A stretch of 64,000 bases of DNA from contig JBMOME010000054.1 of assembly GCA_049323095.1 (NCBI GenBank), forward strand, positions 10,996 through 74,995. The letters run 5' to 3'. The position numbers and the translations under genes were made by a program. The notes below the pieces were generated by a model, which was not told where the DNA came from, ran no database searches, and saw only the letters and a list, made by a program, of their open reading frames with translations. The stretch comes from Thermodesulfobacteriota bacterium. Its GTDB lineage: Bacteria; Desulfobacterota; Desulfomonilia; Desulfomonilales; Desulfomonilaceae. Numbering within the stretch: the stretch's first letter is position 1; every line of letters starts with the position of its first letter. This document shows, one piece after another, positions 1-8,413 of this stretch.

Positions 1-799
1 TCATGAGACGGATCGCCTCGTTACGGTCCATCTCACCGGAAAGGATCATCGCGGCATGGCGATAACCCAAAGACTGTAAGGCTTTAAGATCCCTGGAATA
101 CCCTCGACTGTAAAGGTTACGTACCTCCTCAATTAGCCCCTCTTTTACCATACTGTCAACTCGTTTATCAATCCGTTCGTACAAAACCGTCCTCTCAATG
201 TCAAGACAGGTCAAGAGATGGACATACGGGCATTCTCGGAAGCCATGATTGGCTTGAAATTCCGATATCTTCCGACCCGTTAACGCTATCACCTCCAGCG
301 CCCGGACGATGCGCGGGAGGTTCTCCCTGCTCATATTGTGAGCAGCCTCGGGATCCAGGGCAACAAGTTTCTCGTACAAGGTCCCCGGGCCAAACTGCTC
401 TTCCTCCGCTTTCAAACCGGCTCGTATTTCGGCAGACGACCCTGGAGCATCTACGAGCCCGTGCAGCAGCGTCCTGATGTAGAGCCCCGTCCCTCCGACA
501 ACGAAAGGGACTTTGCCTCTCGAAAGGATGTCGTCCACGCACCGACGCCCCTCTCTCAGGTAATCACCCGCGGAGAAGTCCTCGTCCGGGTCTCTAATAT
601 CAATCATGTGGTGCGGTACACGAGAGCGCTCTTCAGGCGAGGGCTTTGCTGATCCGATGTCCATGTAACGGTACACCTGGATGGAGTCCGCGGACACAAT
701 TTCTCCGCTGAACTTCTCGGCTAGACGCAGTCCAAGCGCCGTTTTTCCGGACGCAGTCGGCCCCGCGACCACCACAATTTTCGGCTTGTCCACACTCAT
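1..799 (-). CDS. miaA: tRNA dimethylallyltransferase MiaA (C-terminal end cut by window edge)
   Basis: Absent from the ORF track because it is open at the window edge. Reverse-strand ATG at 799..797. My translation MSVDKPKIVVVAGPTASGKTALGLRLAEKFSGEIVSADSIQVYRYMDIGSAKPSPEE...GKVPFVVGGTGLYIRTLL has the GPTASGKT P-loop and the SADSxQVYRxMDIGSAKP and GGTGLY motifs of MiaA. The frame stays open to base 2. Confidence 0.9.
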   Translation of the reverse strand, partial: MSVDKPKIVVVAGPTASGKTALGLRLAEKFSGEIVSADSIQVYRYMDIGSAKPSPEERSRVPHHMIDIRDPDEDFSAGDYLREGRRCVDDILSRGKVPFVVGGTGLYIRTLLHGLVDAPGSSAEIRAGLKAEEEQFGPGTLYEKLVALDPEAAHNMSRENLPRIVRALEVIALTGRKISEFQANHGFRECPYVHLLTCLDIERTVLYERIDKRVDSMVKEGLIEEVRNLYSRGYSRDLKALQSLGYRHAAMILSGEMDRNEAIRLM

Positions 800-928
800 G
801 AATCGCACGGAAACCTGGAATAGGTGCGGAAACTATGGCCCATAGGGTCCAAAACCCAGAGGTCGTGCCCCGCATGGGACCATAGTATGGTGATCGATCA
901 CGGCTGACAAGCGCGGCGAAGCGGCTGG

Positions 929-1000
929 AACCGCATCGCTTGAGCGAAGGCCGCGACCGATGCGGTTCCCCCGCGAGGCGCGGGGTCACCGCATCCTACA
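929..1000. repeat. REP-like palindromic unit (GATGCGGTTCCCCGCG...CGCGGGGTCACCGCATC family)
   Basis: Nested inverted repeats: AACCGCATCG (929-938) / CGATGCGGTT (958-967), and GATGCGGT (959-966) / ACCGCATC (988-995) around a CCCCGCG..CGCGGGG core. A roughly 85% similar copy ending in the same CCTACA lies at 23022-23063. Confidence 0.7.
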
Positions 1001-1278
1001 AAGCTGTTCTCGAAAGCTCTCGGCAAATTGGATAGCGCTCCAAAACAAGTCGCGACCCGGGGTTTACCCTGTAAGCCAACCAAGCACCACTTTCAGTAAA
1101 CGTTTTCTCTGTTCAGAAATTCCCCAGAGGGGACTACTCAAGGTACTCCCCCTGCGGGGGATAGCTGCAGCACGGCGCTTTTTTCGCGATCATTTCTGCG
1201 AACCGCTTCAAGAAACCTCAAGCTCGCCGAGCGCAGCGGGGCAGTTTGCCCTAGGAATGAAGTCTTTTGGGAAGGGGT

Positions 1279-1318
1279 CCGGGGGAAACTTTTTTGTAAG
1301 CAAAAAAGTTTCCCCCGG
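1279..1318 (-). terminator. perfect 16-bp-stem hairpin downstream of the hydrolase gene; member of a repeat family
   Basis: GGGGGAAACTTTTTTG (1281-1296), loop TAAG, CAAAAAAGTTTCCCCC (1301-1316). It lies about 27 nt after the stop of minus-strand CDS 1345..2220. The same arm (GGGGGAAACTTCTTT) recurs at 12163-12196. There is no clean U-tract, so terminator function is inferred from position only. Confidence 0.45.
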
Positions 1319-1344
1319 CCATTCTTCAAAAAAATGGGCCGTTC

Positions 1345-2220
1345 CTAGCCGTGGAGGCCGAGTATTTTGAGGGTCCAGTCTTTGAGGATTGTAGTGCAGC
1401 GGTCATCGAGTCGGAGTCGATGTTCGCCGTGTGAGATGATATGGAGTTCAGCGACGCCGGCAGGCGCGTGATCTTTAAGCTGGTACGCATGGTCCACGGG
1501 AACCAGGTCATCAGCGTCGCCGTGAACGATCAGAAGGTATTGTCCTTTGAACTGAGCGATCCACCGCCTGGGCTCGCTCTGTACAAATCCGTCCATCCAT
1601 TTTCCGATGTTGGACGGGAACTCCGGGTCACGGATTATGCCTCTTTCTCGGAAGTCCTTGATAATCTCCGAGGGCTCTTTCTTGAATACATCAAAGCTCG
1701 CGGGGGTTCCGACTACGGCAAGCCCGTAGATACGAGAGGTGTCTGCCGCGACGTTTATGGCGGCCGCGCCACCGCCGCTGAAGCCGATCACGACCAAACG
1801 GGCGGGGTCCACGTGGGGCATGTCCAACGTGTGACGGACCACGGCATCCAGGTCTCGGGTCCATCCCATCATGTCAAAGTTGCCGCCTGAGTCCCCACAT
1901 CCCCTAAAGTTGAAAATGATCGCTGCCAGGCCAAGCGAAGTGAATTGCGCCGCAAGACCTTCATACCCTGGGTCGTTTTGGGGTCTGGCCGCGCCGCTAC
2001 CGGGAATTCCGTGGCAGATGATGAGCGTGGGGTAAAGCCGAGCGGGATGAGCTACGGGGAAATGCGCGGATCCCCGGATCCGAATGCCGTCAACGGTAAT
2101 TGCAAATGGTTTCACTGCGCGTTGTTCAGGAGGGTCTACGTCAATCAAGGCCGCGGTCTTTTCCACGCGCAGCGCGTCGAGCAGCTTCTCGAACCAAACA
2201 CGTATAAGATTCCATTCCAT
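1345..2220 (-). CDS. alpha/beta-fold hydrolase
   Basis: 291-aa ORF. It has the nucleophile elbow GFSGGG, an upstream HGIPGSG, then HGDADDLVP and SHGEHRL, giving the Ser-Asp-His order typical of alpha/beta hydrolases. Confidence 0.8.
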   Translation of the reverse strand: MEWNLIRVWFEKLLDALRVEKTAALIDVDPPEQRAVKPFAITVDGIRIRGSAHFPVAHPARLYPTLIICHGIPGSGAARPQNDPGYEGLAAQFTSLGLAAIIFNFRGCGDSGGNFDMMGWTRDLDAVVRHTLDMPHVDPARLVVIGFSGGGAAAINVAADTSRIYGLAVVGTPASFDVFKKEPSEIIKDFRERGIIRDPEFPSNIGKWMDGFVQSEPRRWIAQFKGQYLLIVHGDADDLVPVDHAYQLKDHAPAGVAELHIISHGEHRLRLDDRCTTILKDWTLKILGLHG

Positions 2221-2223
2221 GTA

Positions 2224-3192
2224 TCAGCAGCACGGGAACGATCTGCCGCAATTATAGCAACAAAGCACCTTTTCTCTGGCCAGTACCAACATGAAAATAG
2301 CAATGGCCATGAATATGCACCCCAGCAACAATGACATTCCCGTGAAATATATAACGAAAAGCCGAGCGGCCGAATAGGCATTGAAGAGCGTGACGCCCCA
2401 CGCTCCTGCGAAGCCCAACAGCAGCATGAGACCTGAAAGGGTGAGCGCGAGAAGACTGCCGCTCCGATCATATACATGCCGGAGTTCCGGATAGAGCTTC
2501 TCCTTACAACTATCGCATACTGCAACTTCTTCGTGGTCTTGGAGGCTTGTCTCTTCCGGGTATTGGAGTGGCATACCCGGGATCACTTCTTCTCGGTCGT
2601 ACTCCGATCCGGGCTGTATCACAGGGAACTCGGGTGTGGGGGCAAGCCCTGCCACGTTGTGGACCGAAGCAGGTCGCGGGCGCTGCCCGCTTGCCGTGCC
2701 TTCACGCACCGGAATCCCTAGGGGCCGGCCGAAGCATGAAACCATCTCCGACTCGTCCGACTCAACGGATCCGGGGCCGTCCGCGGTGGCTCTCTGTGCG
2801 GGTTCGCGAAATTGACGCCTACTGTCCGTAACAGCATATTGATATGGCGGTAGATCCTCCATGAAGTCCTTCATGGAAAGCCCGCATCGAGGACATTGAT
2901 CGAAGGGGCCTGCATCGGTGTACGTGCAAGAAGGGCACACGAATTCCGTAGGTTCGTCCGATTCGGCCTCAATTTGCGGTGCAGCGGCCGCTTGGGATGC
3001 CTGGCGCGCGGACCACTCGTCCTGGTCTATGATATCTCGCTCGATCAACAGCGAGAAGAACCTTTCCAGACCTGCGGAGGTCAGGTTGTATTTGGCCATG
3101 AGGTCCGCGTCGCACGCGCCGCCGCGAAAATCTTCAAGAAAATCTTTGACTCGGATAGTTCGCTTTTCTTGGGTGCTCTGCACCGTGTTCAT
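2224..3192 (-). CDS. hypothetical membrane protein with zinc-ribbon motifs
   Basis: The ORF track gives 2224..3219. I prefer the second ATG (3192) because GAGGTG sits 7 nt upstream. It has CPSC...CPRCG and CDSC motifs and two C-terminal hydrophobic helices. A 3-nt gap to the hydrolase gene suggests co-transcription. Confidence 0.6.
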   Translation of the reverse strand: MNTVQSTQEKRTIRVKDFLEDFRGGACDADLMAKYNLTSAGLERFFSLLIERDIIDQDEWSARQASQAAAAPQIEAESDEPTEFVCPSCTYTDAGPFDQCPRCGLSMKDFMEDLPPYQYAVTDSRRQFREPAQRATADGPGSVESDESEMVSCFGRPLGIPVREGTASGQRPRPASVHNVAGLAPTPEFPVIQPGSEYDREEVIPGMPLQYPEETSLQDHEEVAVCDSCKEKLYPELRHVYDRSGSLLALTLSGLMLLLGFAGAWGVTLFNAYSAARLFVIYFTGMSLLLGCIFMAIAIFMLVLAREKVLCCYNCGRSFPCC

Positions 3193-3362
3193 GATGGTCA
3201 CCTCATACGAGCGCTGCATTCCCTTTTATCAGAAAGAAATGAAAAGATCAAGTTAAATATATACTTAAATCAATTTTCGAGAAACCACATTAGAAAAAGC
3301 AGGCGTACGCGGGAACTCCTCCCGAAAGCCCTGCGCTCTGAAGTCTTTTCCGGAGCCGTCTT

Positions 3363-4046
3363 CTAGGGGCGCGCGCCTTTGTGGCGGTGGATCTGCCCGG
3401 TGACCATATAGATCACGTCTTCAGCTATGTTGGTGGTGTGGTCTGCGATGCGCTCCAGGTGGCGGGATACAATGAGGAGGTGCACGAGCGGCTCAAGGTT
3501 CTCGGGATCGCGGCGAGCTTTTTCCATAAACTGTTTTTGCATGATGTTCTTCATCATGTCCACGTCGTCATCTTCTGCGCAAATATCGTAGGCGAGGTCG
3601 GCATTCATGTTGACCAGTGAGTCGAGGCTCTTCTGGAGCATTCCCTGGACCTTTTGGCACATGGTGAAAAAATCAAAAGGCATTTGTACGCCGGCTTGCT
3701 CCCCGATAGCTTTGGCGCGCTCCGCCACATTAACAGCAAGATCGCCGATGCGTTCCAGGTCGTTGTTCATCTTGATAATTGCGATAATGTATCGGAGCTG
3801 ATCGGCCACCGGTTGGTGAAGGGCCAGAATTTTCAGCCCGTCTTCCTCGATGTCTACTTCCTGATGATCGATTTCTATGTCGCCTTGGATGACCTGATCC
3901 GCGAGTGATGCGTCTCGGCATTCGATTGCCTTGACAGCCATGCGCAGGCGTTCTTCAACCAACGTGCCCAACCCGATGATGCGCGATTTGAGGCGGTCGA
4001 TATCTCTCTGCAGTCTCATACGCATGTGAGCTATTTCTCCCTTCAC
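3363..4046 (-). CDS. phoU: phosphate signalling complex protein PhoU
   Basis: 227 aa with two PhoU helical repeats (DIEIDHQEVDIEE...LERIGDLAVN and DDDVDMM...LERIADHTTN). The start overlaps the phoR stop by 4 nt. Confidence 0.9.
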   Translation of the reverse strand: MKGEIAHMRMRLQRDIDRLKSRIIGLGTLVEERLRMAVKAIECRDASLADQVIQGDIEIDHQEVDIEEDGLKILALHQPVADQLRYIIAIIKMNNDLERIGDLAVNVAERAKAIGEQAGVQMPFDFFTMCQKVQGMLQKSLDSLVNMNADLAYDICAEDDDVDMMKNIMQKQFMEKARRDPENLEPLVHLLIVSRHLERIADHTTNIAEDVIYMVTGQIHRHKGARP

Positions 4047-5815
4047 GCGGGTAAATGGATGGTGAATGTGCTTCCTTCGCCGTGAGAGCTTTTCACACTC
4101 ACCCGGCCGCCGTGGGCATTTGCGATGTGCTTAACGATGGCAAGCCCCAAACCAGTACCGCCTTCTTTGCTGCTTCTGGACTTGTCCACGCGATAGAAGC
4201 GCTCGAAGATTCGGTCCAGGTGCTCCCGTGCGATGCCACAGCCGTGATCGACAACACGTATCTGCACCTCTCCGTCAATCAGTTCCGATTCCAGAATGAC
4301 CGTTTCTCCAGGGTCCGAGCACTTAATCGCGTTGTCCACCAGGTTAGCGACGGCTTGTTCCAGGAGCGTAGAGTTCATTTTGACTTTCAGATTATCCGGA
4401 CAAGTGTGCGACAGCGTAATCTCCTTCTCGGAGGCTTTCCTACTGCACGTCTTAACTACCGCAAGGAGCACATCTTTGACTGCACTTTCTTTGAGAGCGA
4501 TATCTCCCTTTTCGCGCTCCTGCTCGATCCGGGACAGGCTCAGCAAGTCTTCAATGATCATGCTGAGGCGGTTGGTGTGCTTGATAATGATGTCCAGGAA
4601 GCGTTCGGCGTTCTCCGGGTCGTGAATGGCGCCTTCTTTGAGCGTTTCCAGGAAACCCTGGATCGAGGTGATCGGCGTCCGCAGTTCGTGAGAGACGTTG
4701 GCCACGAAGTCACGTCGTATCTTTTCCAGATTCTTCATTCGCGTGACGTCGTTGAGCACAACGAGCACACCAGTTCTGTTGCCTCCTGAATCGTTCAGGG
4801 GCGTCCCATGCGCCTGGAGGTGTCGATCGGGAGCCCCAAGAACTACGATTTCAGCCTCTACGTGATCGGGCGCGGCCAGGGCCTTGTTGACGAACCGTTT
4901 GAGCTCGCTGGTCCGAATGGCCTCCCCGATCGGGCGTCCCTGCGCCTGCTCCCCTTGTATCCCGAAAAGCTCTTCCGCGGCCCTGTTAATTCGGATGAGC
5001 CGCTCCTCATTGTCGAGCACCAGGACCGCCTCCACCATGTCCGACAGCACAGCCTCCAGTTCGTTTCGTTGATTGGTAACGGTCTGCACTCGCTCATGTA
5101 ATTGAGCTGCCATAGTGTTCATGGCCTCTGCCAGAGCGGCGATTTCTTCGGACGCATCCACCTTCAACCGGTACTTCAGATCGCCTCGGGCATACCTTTC
5201 TGCCCCGCCCTTGAGTTCCGCGAGCGGCCTGTTCACCAGATGGGCTACATAAAAGCTGAGCCCTGCTGCGAGAATGATGATCGCCAGTGTGCCCAGAATC
5301 ATGGCCAGAGCAAGCGATCCGGGCGCCTGGATCACGTCTTCCACTCGTTTGCCCATGCGGACCGCGGAAATGACGGTGCCGCGCTGTTCTACCGGAACTG
5401 CCACGAATAGCAGATCCGCGTTCATGCTGAAGCTGTACCGCTGGACAACACCCACCCGCGCCTGAAAGGCTTCTTTGATTTCGGGGCGCAGCGCAAAGGT
5501 TTCCAGACGCGCAGGATCGAACTCAGAGTCCCCCACGACTTGTCCGCTCGCAAGCACAACAGTGACACGAGTGGAGATGCTCGCGCCGACTTGTTTACAA
5601 AGGGTGTCGATTTCGTGAAAGCTTTGAGACGTGAGTTTGTCCGCAATCAGCTGGCGGAAGAGAACAGCTTCTGCTTGGAGCGCGCGGGCGGAGTTGTCGA
5701 GAGCTAACTGTCTGGCTGCATCCCTGGCATACCAGCCCATGGCGGCCAGTGAAAGCGTGATGATAAGTAGATAGGAAGGATAGAGCTGCCACAGCAGCCT
5801 TCGCCGTTGCCGCAT
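4043..5815 (-). CDS. phoR: PhoR-like sensor histidine kinase
   Basis: 590 aa. Layout: TM, an extracytoplasmic region of about 140 aa, TM, HAMP, PAS, the H-box SHELRTPITSI, then ATPase N/G boxes (VDNAIKCS, DHGCGI, GGTGLGLAIV). It sits between phoB and phoU. Confidence 0.85.
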   Translation of the reverse strand: MRQRRRLLWQLYPSYLLIITLSLAAMGWYARDAARQLALDNSARALQAEAVLFRQLIADKLTSQSFHEIDTLCKQVGASISTRVTVVLASGQVVGDSEFDPARLETFALRPEIKEAFQARVGVVQRYSFSMNADLLFVAVPVEQRGTVISAVRMGKRVEDVIQAPGSLALAMILGTLAIIILAAGLSFYVAHLVNRPLAELKGGAERYARGDLKYRLKVDASEEIAALAEAMNTMAAQLHERVQTVTNQRNELEAVLSDMVEAVLVLDNEERLIRINRAAEELFGIQGEQAQGRPIGEAIRTSELKRFVNKALAAPDHVEAEIVVLGAPDRHLQAHGTPLNDSGGNRTGVLVVLNDVTRMKNLEKIRRDFVANVSHELRTPITSIQGFLETLKEGAIHDPENAERFLDIIIKHTNRLSMIIEDLLSLSRIEQEREKGDIALKESAVKDVLLAVVKTCSRKASEKEITLSHTCPDNLKVKMNSTLLEQAVANLVDNAIKCSDPGETVILESELIDGEVQIRVVDHGCGIAREHLDRIFERFYRVDKSRSSKEGGTGLGLAIVKHIANAHGGRVSVKSSHGEGSTFTIHLPA

Positions 5816-6516
5816 CAGATGCTTTCGCCTTCCTCACGGAATCGGTATCCCACACCTCTCACGGTTTCAATATAATCTCCCGCAGCTCCCAGCTTCCGCC
5901 GGAGACCCACCACCTGCACATCGACCGATCGCTCAGTGACAGGATAATCATGCCCTTTGACGGCTCGTATGATTTGATCCCGGCTAAAGACCCATCCCGG
6001 CCTCCGCGCAAGAAAGTGCAGGATCCGGAATTCCGTGGCGGTCAGCGTCATGGATTTGTCCTCGACCAGCACCTCGTGTCGCGAGGGATTTATCACAATC
6101 CCGTGAATTCGGACTACGGTTTGATCTTCCGGCTCTTCTGTTCTCCTTCGCCGCAGGACGACTTTGACCCGGGCCAAGAGCACCCGAGGACTAAACGGTT
6201 TGGTAATGTAATCATCTGCGCCCAGTTCCAGGCCGGTGACAATGTCCGCATCCTCACCTTTTGCCGTGATCATCACGATCGGAACTCTGCTCGTATCAGG
6301 GTTGGCCTTGAGTTCCCGGCACACATCCAGCCCGTCCATTCCCGGCAGCATGAGATCGAGCAAGACCAAATCGGGCCGATCTGCCTTGGCACTCCGAAGG
6401 CCTTTTTCGCCCGTGGCCGCGCAGGTTACCTGATAACCTTCTTTGGTCAAGTTGTATCTTACCAGTTCCAGGATGTCTTCCTCATCGTCCACGACGAGGA
6501 TTTTCTCTTTTGCCAT
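5815..6516 (-). CDS. phoB: PhoB-like OmpR-family response regulator
   Basis: 233 aa. Receiver domain (VVDDEEDI...LLDLMLPGMDG...ITKP) plus an OmpR/PhoB winged helix (LTATEFRIL...VDVQVVGLRRKL...IETVRGVGYRF). It overlaps phoR by 1 nt. Confidence 0.9.
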   Translation of the reverse strand: MAKEKILVVDDEEDILELVRYNLTKEGYQVTCAATGEKGLRSAKADRPDLVLLDLMLPGMDGLDVCRELKANPDTSRVPIVMITAKGEDADIVTGLELGADDYITKPFSPRVLLARVKVVLRRRRTEEPEDQTVVRIHGIVINPSRHEVLVEDKSMTLTATEFRILHFLARRPGWVFSRDQIIRAVKGHDYPVTERSVDVQVVGLRRKLGAAGDYIETVRGVGYRFREEGESI

Positions 6517-6589
6517 AGCCTTTCTCGCAGAATAACAGAGACTTCTTTCCCCATATATTCACCCCGGCTCTAATGATACTTCAATAGAA

Positions 6590-7033
6590 TTACGTTAGCT
6601 TTTCGTGAGGATCTGTCAAAGTCTCCGGCAAGCCTTCGACGAACTCCTTTATTTCGTCACGGACTCGGCGGTAATGGGCCAACTTGGCCTCCTCGCTCAG
6701 TTCTCTTTCTGCGAGAGCGGGGGGATCGTCAAAGCTTCGATGCACGACAATGGCTTGGCCCGGAAAGAGTGGGCAACTCTCACGCGCGTTGTCGCACACG
6801 GTAATTACATAATCGAAATCCAGGTCATCCAGCTCGTCCACGAGCTTCGAATGATGATGAGAAATATCGACCCCCACTTCAGCCATCACCTTGACTGCTC
6901 GCGGGTCCAAGACGCGCTTCTCGATGCCCGCTGAAGCAGCTTGGATGCGGCTGCCTTTCAGGTGACGGACCCAGCCCTCAGCCATCTGGCTCCGACAGGA
7001 ATTTCCGGTGCAAAGAAAGAGGATCTTGAGCAT
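6590..7033 (-). CDS. arsC: arsenate reductase, LMW-PTP (thioredoxin-coupled) type
   Basis: 147 aa. It has the P-loop CTGNSCRSQMAEG and the second cysteine pair in VCDNARESCP. Confidence 0.85.
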   Translation of the reverse strand: MLKILFLCTGNSCRSQMAEGWVRHLKGSRIQAASAGIEKRVLDPRAVKVMAEVGVDISHHHSKLVDELDDLDFDYVITVCDNARESCPLFPGQAIVVHRSFDDPPALAERELSEEAKLAHYRRVRDEIKEFVEGLPETLTDPHEKLT

Positions 7034-7096
7034 GGATTATACCCCATATAATCATTCTGCTCCCGCCGCGGTTAGGACCGTTGCATTGCGCACGCG

Positions 7097-7606
7097 CTAG
7101 TGCAAGCCAAGAAGCTGAGAAATCCTGAGCGCGATGGTCGAAAAAAGCGCGACGGCCTCCATGTCAACCCGATCGGGGCTCCACAAGTATCGGGCCCATC
7201 CCGTCTGACACAGGCCATAGATACCGACCACAATCTGCCCAATGGCTAAAAGACCGGCTGCAAACTGGCCTACTCCCAAGATTAAACCCAAAACCACCTG
7301 CCCTATGCCAAAAAAGCCGACCATAAACTGGCCTGCTCCAATGATTACCCCGATGCCAAACTGGGCCACCGTGACTGCTCCAATCCCGAATTGCCCGATT
7401 GCGACAAAGCCTTTTGCCACTCGAACCCGCCCTGTAGGGTCGCGGCCAAACGCCACATGAACGAGGGGAATGCCAAATAGCTTGGTGCGAGACTTCCATT
7501 CGTATCCGCGCCTGGGCGCTGCGGGTCCAGGTCGGCCGCAATGCGGACATGCAATTGCGCTGTCGCTCACTTGATTGCCGCAGTCCGGGCAGGGTTGGAG
7601 GGGCAT
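7097..7606 (-). CDS. zinc-ribbon membrane protein with GQFGIG-type decapeptide repeats
   Basis: 169 aa. N-terminal CPDCG...CPHCG zinc ribbon, then about six 10-residue repeats (IGQFGIGAVTV / AQFGIGVIIG / AGQFMVGFFG / IGQVVLGLILG / VGQFAAGLLA / IGQIVVGIYG). GAGGA lies 9 nt upstream of the ATG. I chose it over the overlapping ORF 7164..7646, which has no recognisable features. Confidence 0.6.
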   Translation of the reverse strand: MPLQPCPDCGNQVSDSAIACPHCGRPGPAAPRRGYEWKSRTKLFGIPLVHVAFGRDPTGRVRVAKGFVAIGQFGIGAVTVAQFGIGVIIGAGQFMVGFFGIGQVVLGLILGVGQFAAGLLAIGQIVVGIYGLCQTGWARYLWSPDRVDMEAVALFSTIALRISQLLGLH

Positions 7607-7685
7607 TAGTCCGATCCTCGATTTTGAGGTCTCCAGAGTTCAGCAATTGTAACCACTATATCATACGCGGAAAGTGGCCCGATGT

Positions 7686-7713
7686 ATCCACCGATTACGC
7701 AGATTACACAGAT
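7686..7713. repeat. REP unit ATCCACCGATTACGCAGATTACACAGAT
   Basis: An inverted copy with 25/28 matches lies at 40765-40792 (ATCTGTGTAATCTGCGACATCTGTGGAT). Confidence 0.7.
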
Positions 7714-7877
7714 ATTCTATATCATACGCGCACAGAAGCCCGATCCTGAAAACCGCTGGATGGAATCTCCCGACTTGCTGCCGTAGAGTTCGAAACCTTT
7801 TTGGTCTTTCGACTTACGGACTTTTGACGAACGAGCCAAATCATGTCTATACTACCTGTACGAGGGTATAAACGATT

Positions 7878-8036
7878 ATGGACAATCCATGTGAAAAATG
7901 TTCGTCATCTTCGGGCTGTACTGAACGGCTTGACGAAAAGAGAATAGATGACGAGATCAGCGGCGCGCCTATCCTCATCTGGTGCGCAGTTGCCATTGTT
8001 GTCTTCAGCTTGCTTGCTCGGTGGCTCTTCAGCTAA
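7878..8036 (+). CDS. possible 52-aa Cys-rich single-pass membrane peptide
   Basis: Below the ORF-track cutoff. ATG 7878 to TAA 8034-8036 encodes MDNPCEKCSSSSGCTERLDEKRIDDEISGAPILIWCAVAIVVFSLLARWLFS (a CxxC...C head and a hydrophobic tail). Only a weak, distant GAGGG lies upstream. Confidence 0.3.
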   Translation: MDNPCEKCSSSSGCTERLDEKRIDDEISGAPILIWCAVAIVVFSLLARWLFS

Positions 8037-8069
8037 GCATCCTGTTTCACAATTTCGGTGACGGATTCG

Positions 8070-8158
8070 GGTGCCACTGACCCAGCCAAACGCTGGGTCA
8101 GTGCTGTTCTCGGATACGGTTCCAGCACTGACCTGAGCAAGCTCAGGTCAGTGGCACC
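8070..8158. repeat. four-segment inverted-repeat element built on CACTGACC / GGTCAGTG
   Basis: Hairpin 1: CACTGACCCAGC (8075-8086) / GCTGGGTCAGTG (8092-8103). Hairpin 2: CACTGACCTGAGC (8126-8138) / GCTCAGGTCAGTG (8141-8153). Alternative pairings are also possible: segment 2 with 3 (CAGTGCTG 8099-8106 / CAGCACTG 8123-8130) and segment 1 with 4 (GGTGCCACTGACC 8070-8082 / GGTCAGTGGCACC 8146-8158). Confidence 0.7.
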
Positions 8159-8413
8159 CAAGCATCTGTCGAGGCTTCCCACAAACAAAGCACGAATAGC
8201 GCGGCTGGATATCGTGACCGGCGTACCGGGCCCAGATCACTCCGATTCAAAAGACGCCGCATCCTACGGGATAATGTCCAGGGCGCACGCGCAGGTGCGC
8301 CTCCACATCGGTATATGGCCTTCTTCGCTGGACCGGTGGGATCACGTGTCACGACTTGACCCGCGACCTTTTGCCGGTTAAGCAGATGGTATCTTTCTCG
8401 AGCAGGTTCTCTT

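Noticed and set aside
4055-4789. Long antisense ORFs opposite real genes. Examples: 4055..4789 and 5950..6573 opposite phoR/phoB, 9102..9770 opposite the helicase, 32376..33134 opposite the TRAP binding protein, 39943..40551 and 42118..42738 opposite liv genes, 46925..47578 and 47672..48478 opposite the OMP gene, and 58910..59617 and 62247..63050 opposite the synthase.
   Set aside because: These are typical shadow ORFs of GC-rich DNA. Their translations are Arg/Pro/Gly-rich with no motifs, and the opposite strand carries clear family signatures.
7164-7646. A 160-aa ORF overlapping the zinc-ribbon membrane protein in another frame.
   Set aside because: It has no motifs and an Arg/Ser/Pro-rich composition. 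The alternative frame has a zinc ribbon, regular repeats and an RBS.
8150-8166. TGGCAC motifs (8152 and 20087) as possible sigma-54 -24 elements.
   Set aside because: The required GC of the -12 element is not at the correct spacing (TGGCAC-N5-TTGC not satisfied).
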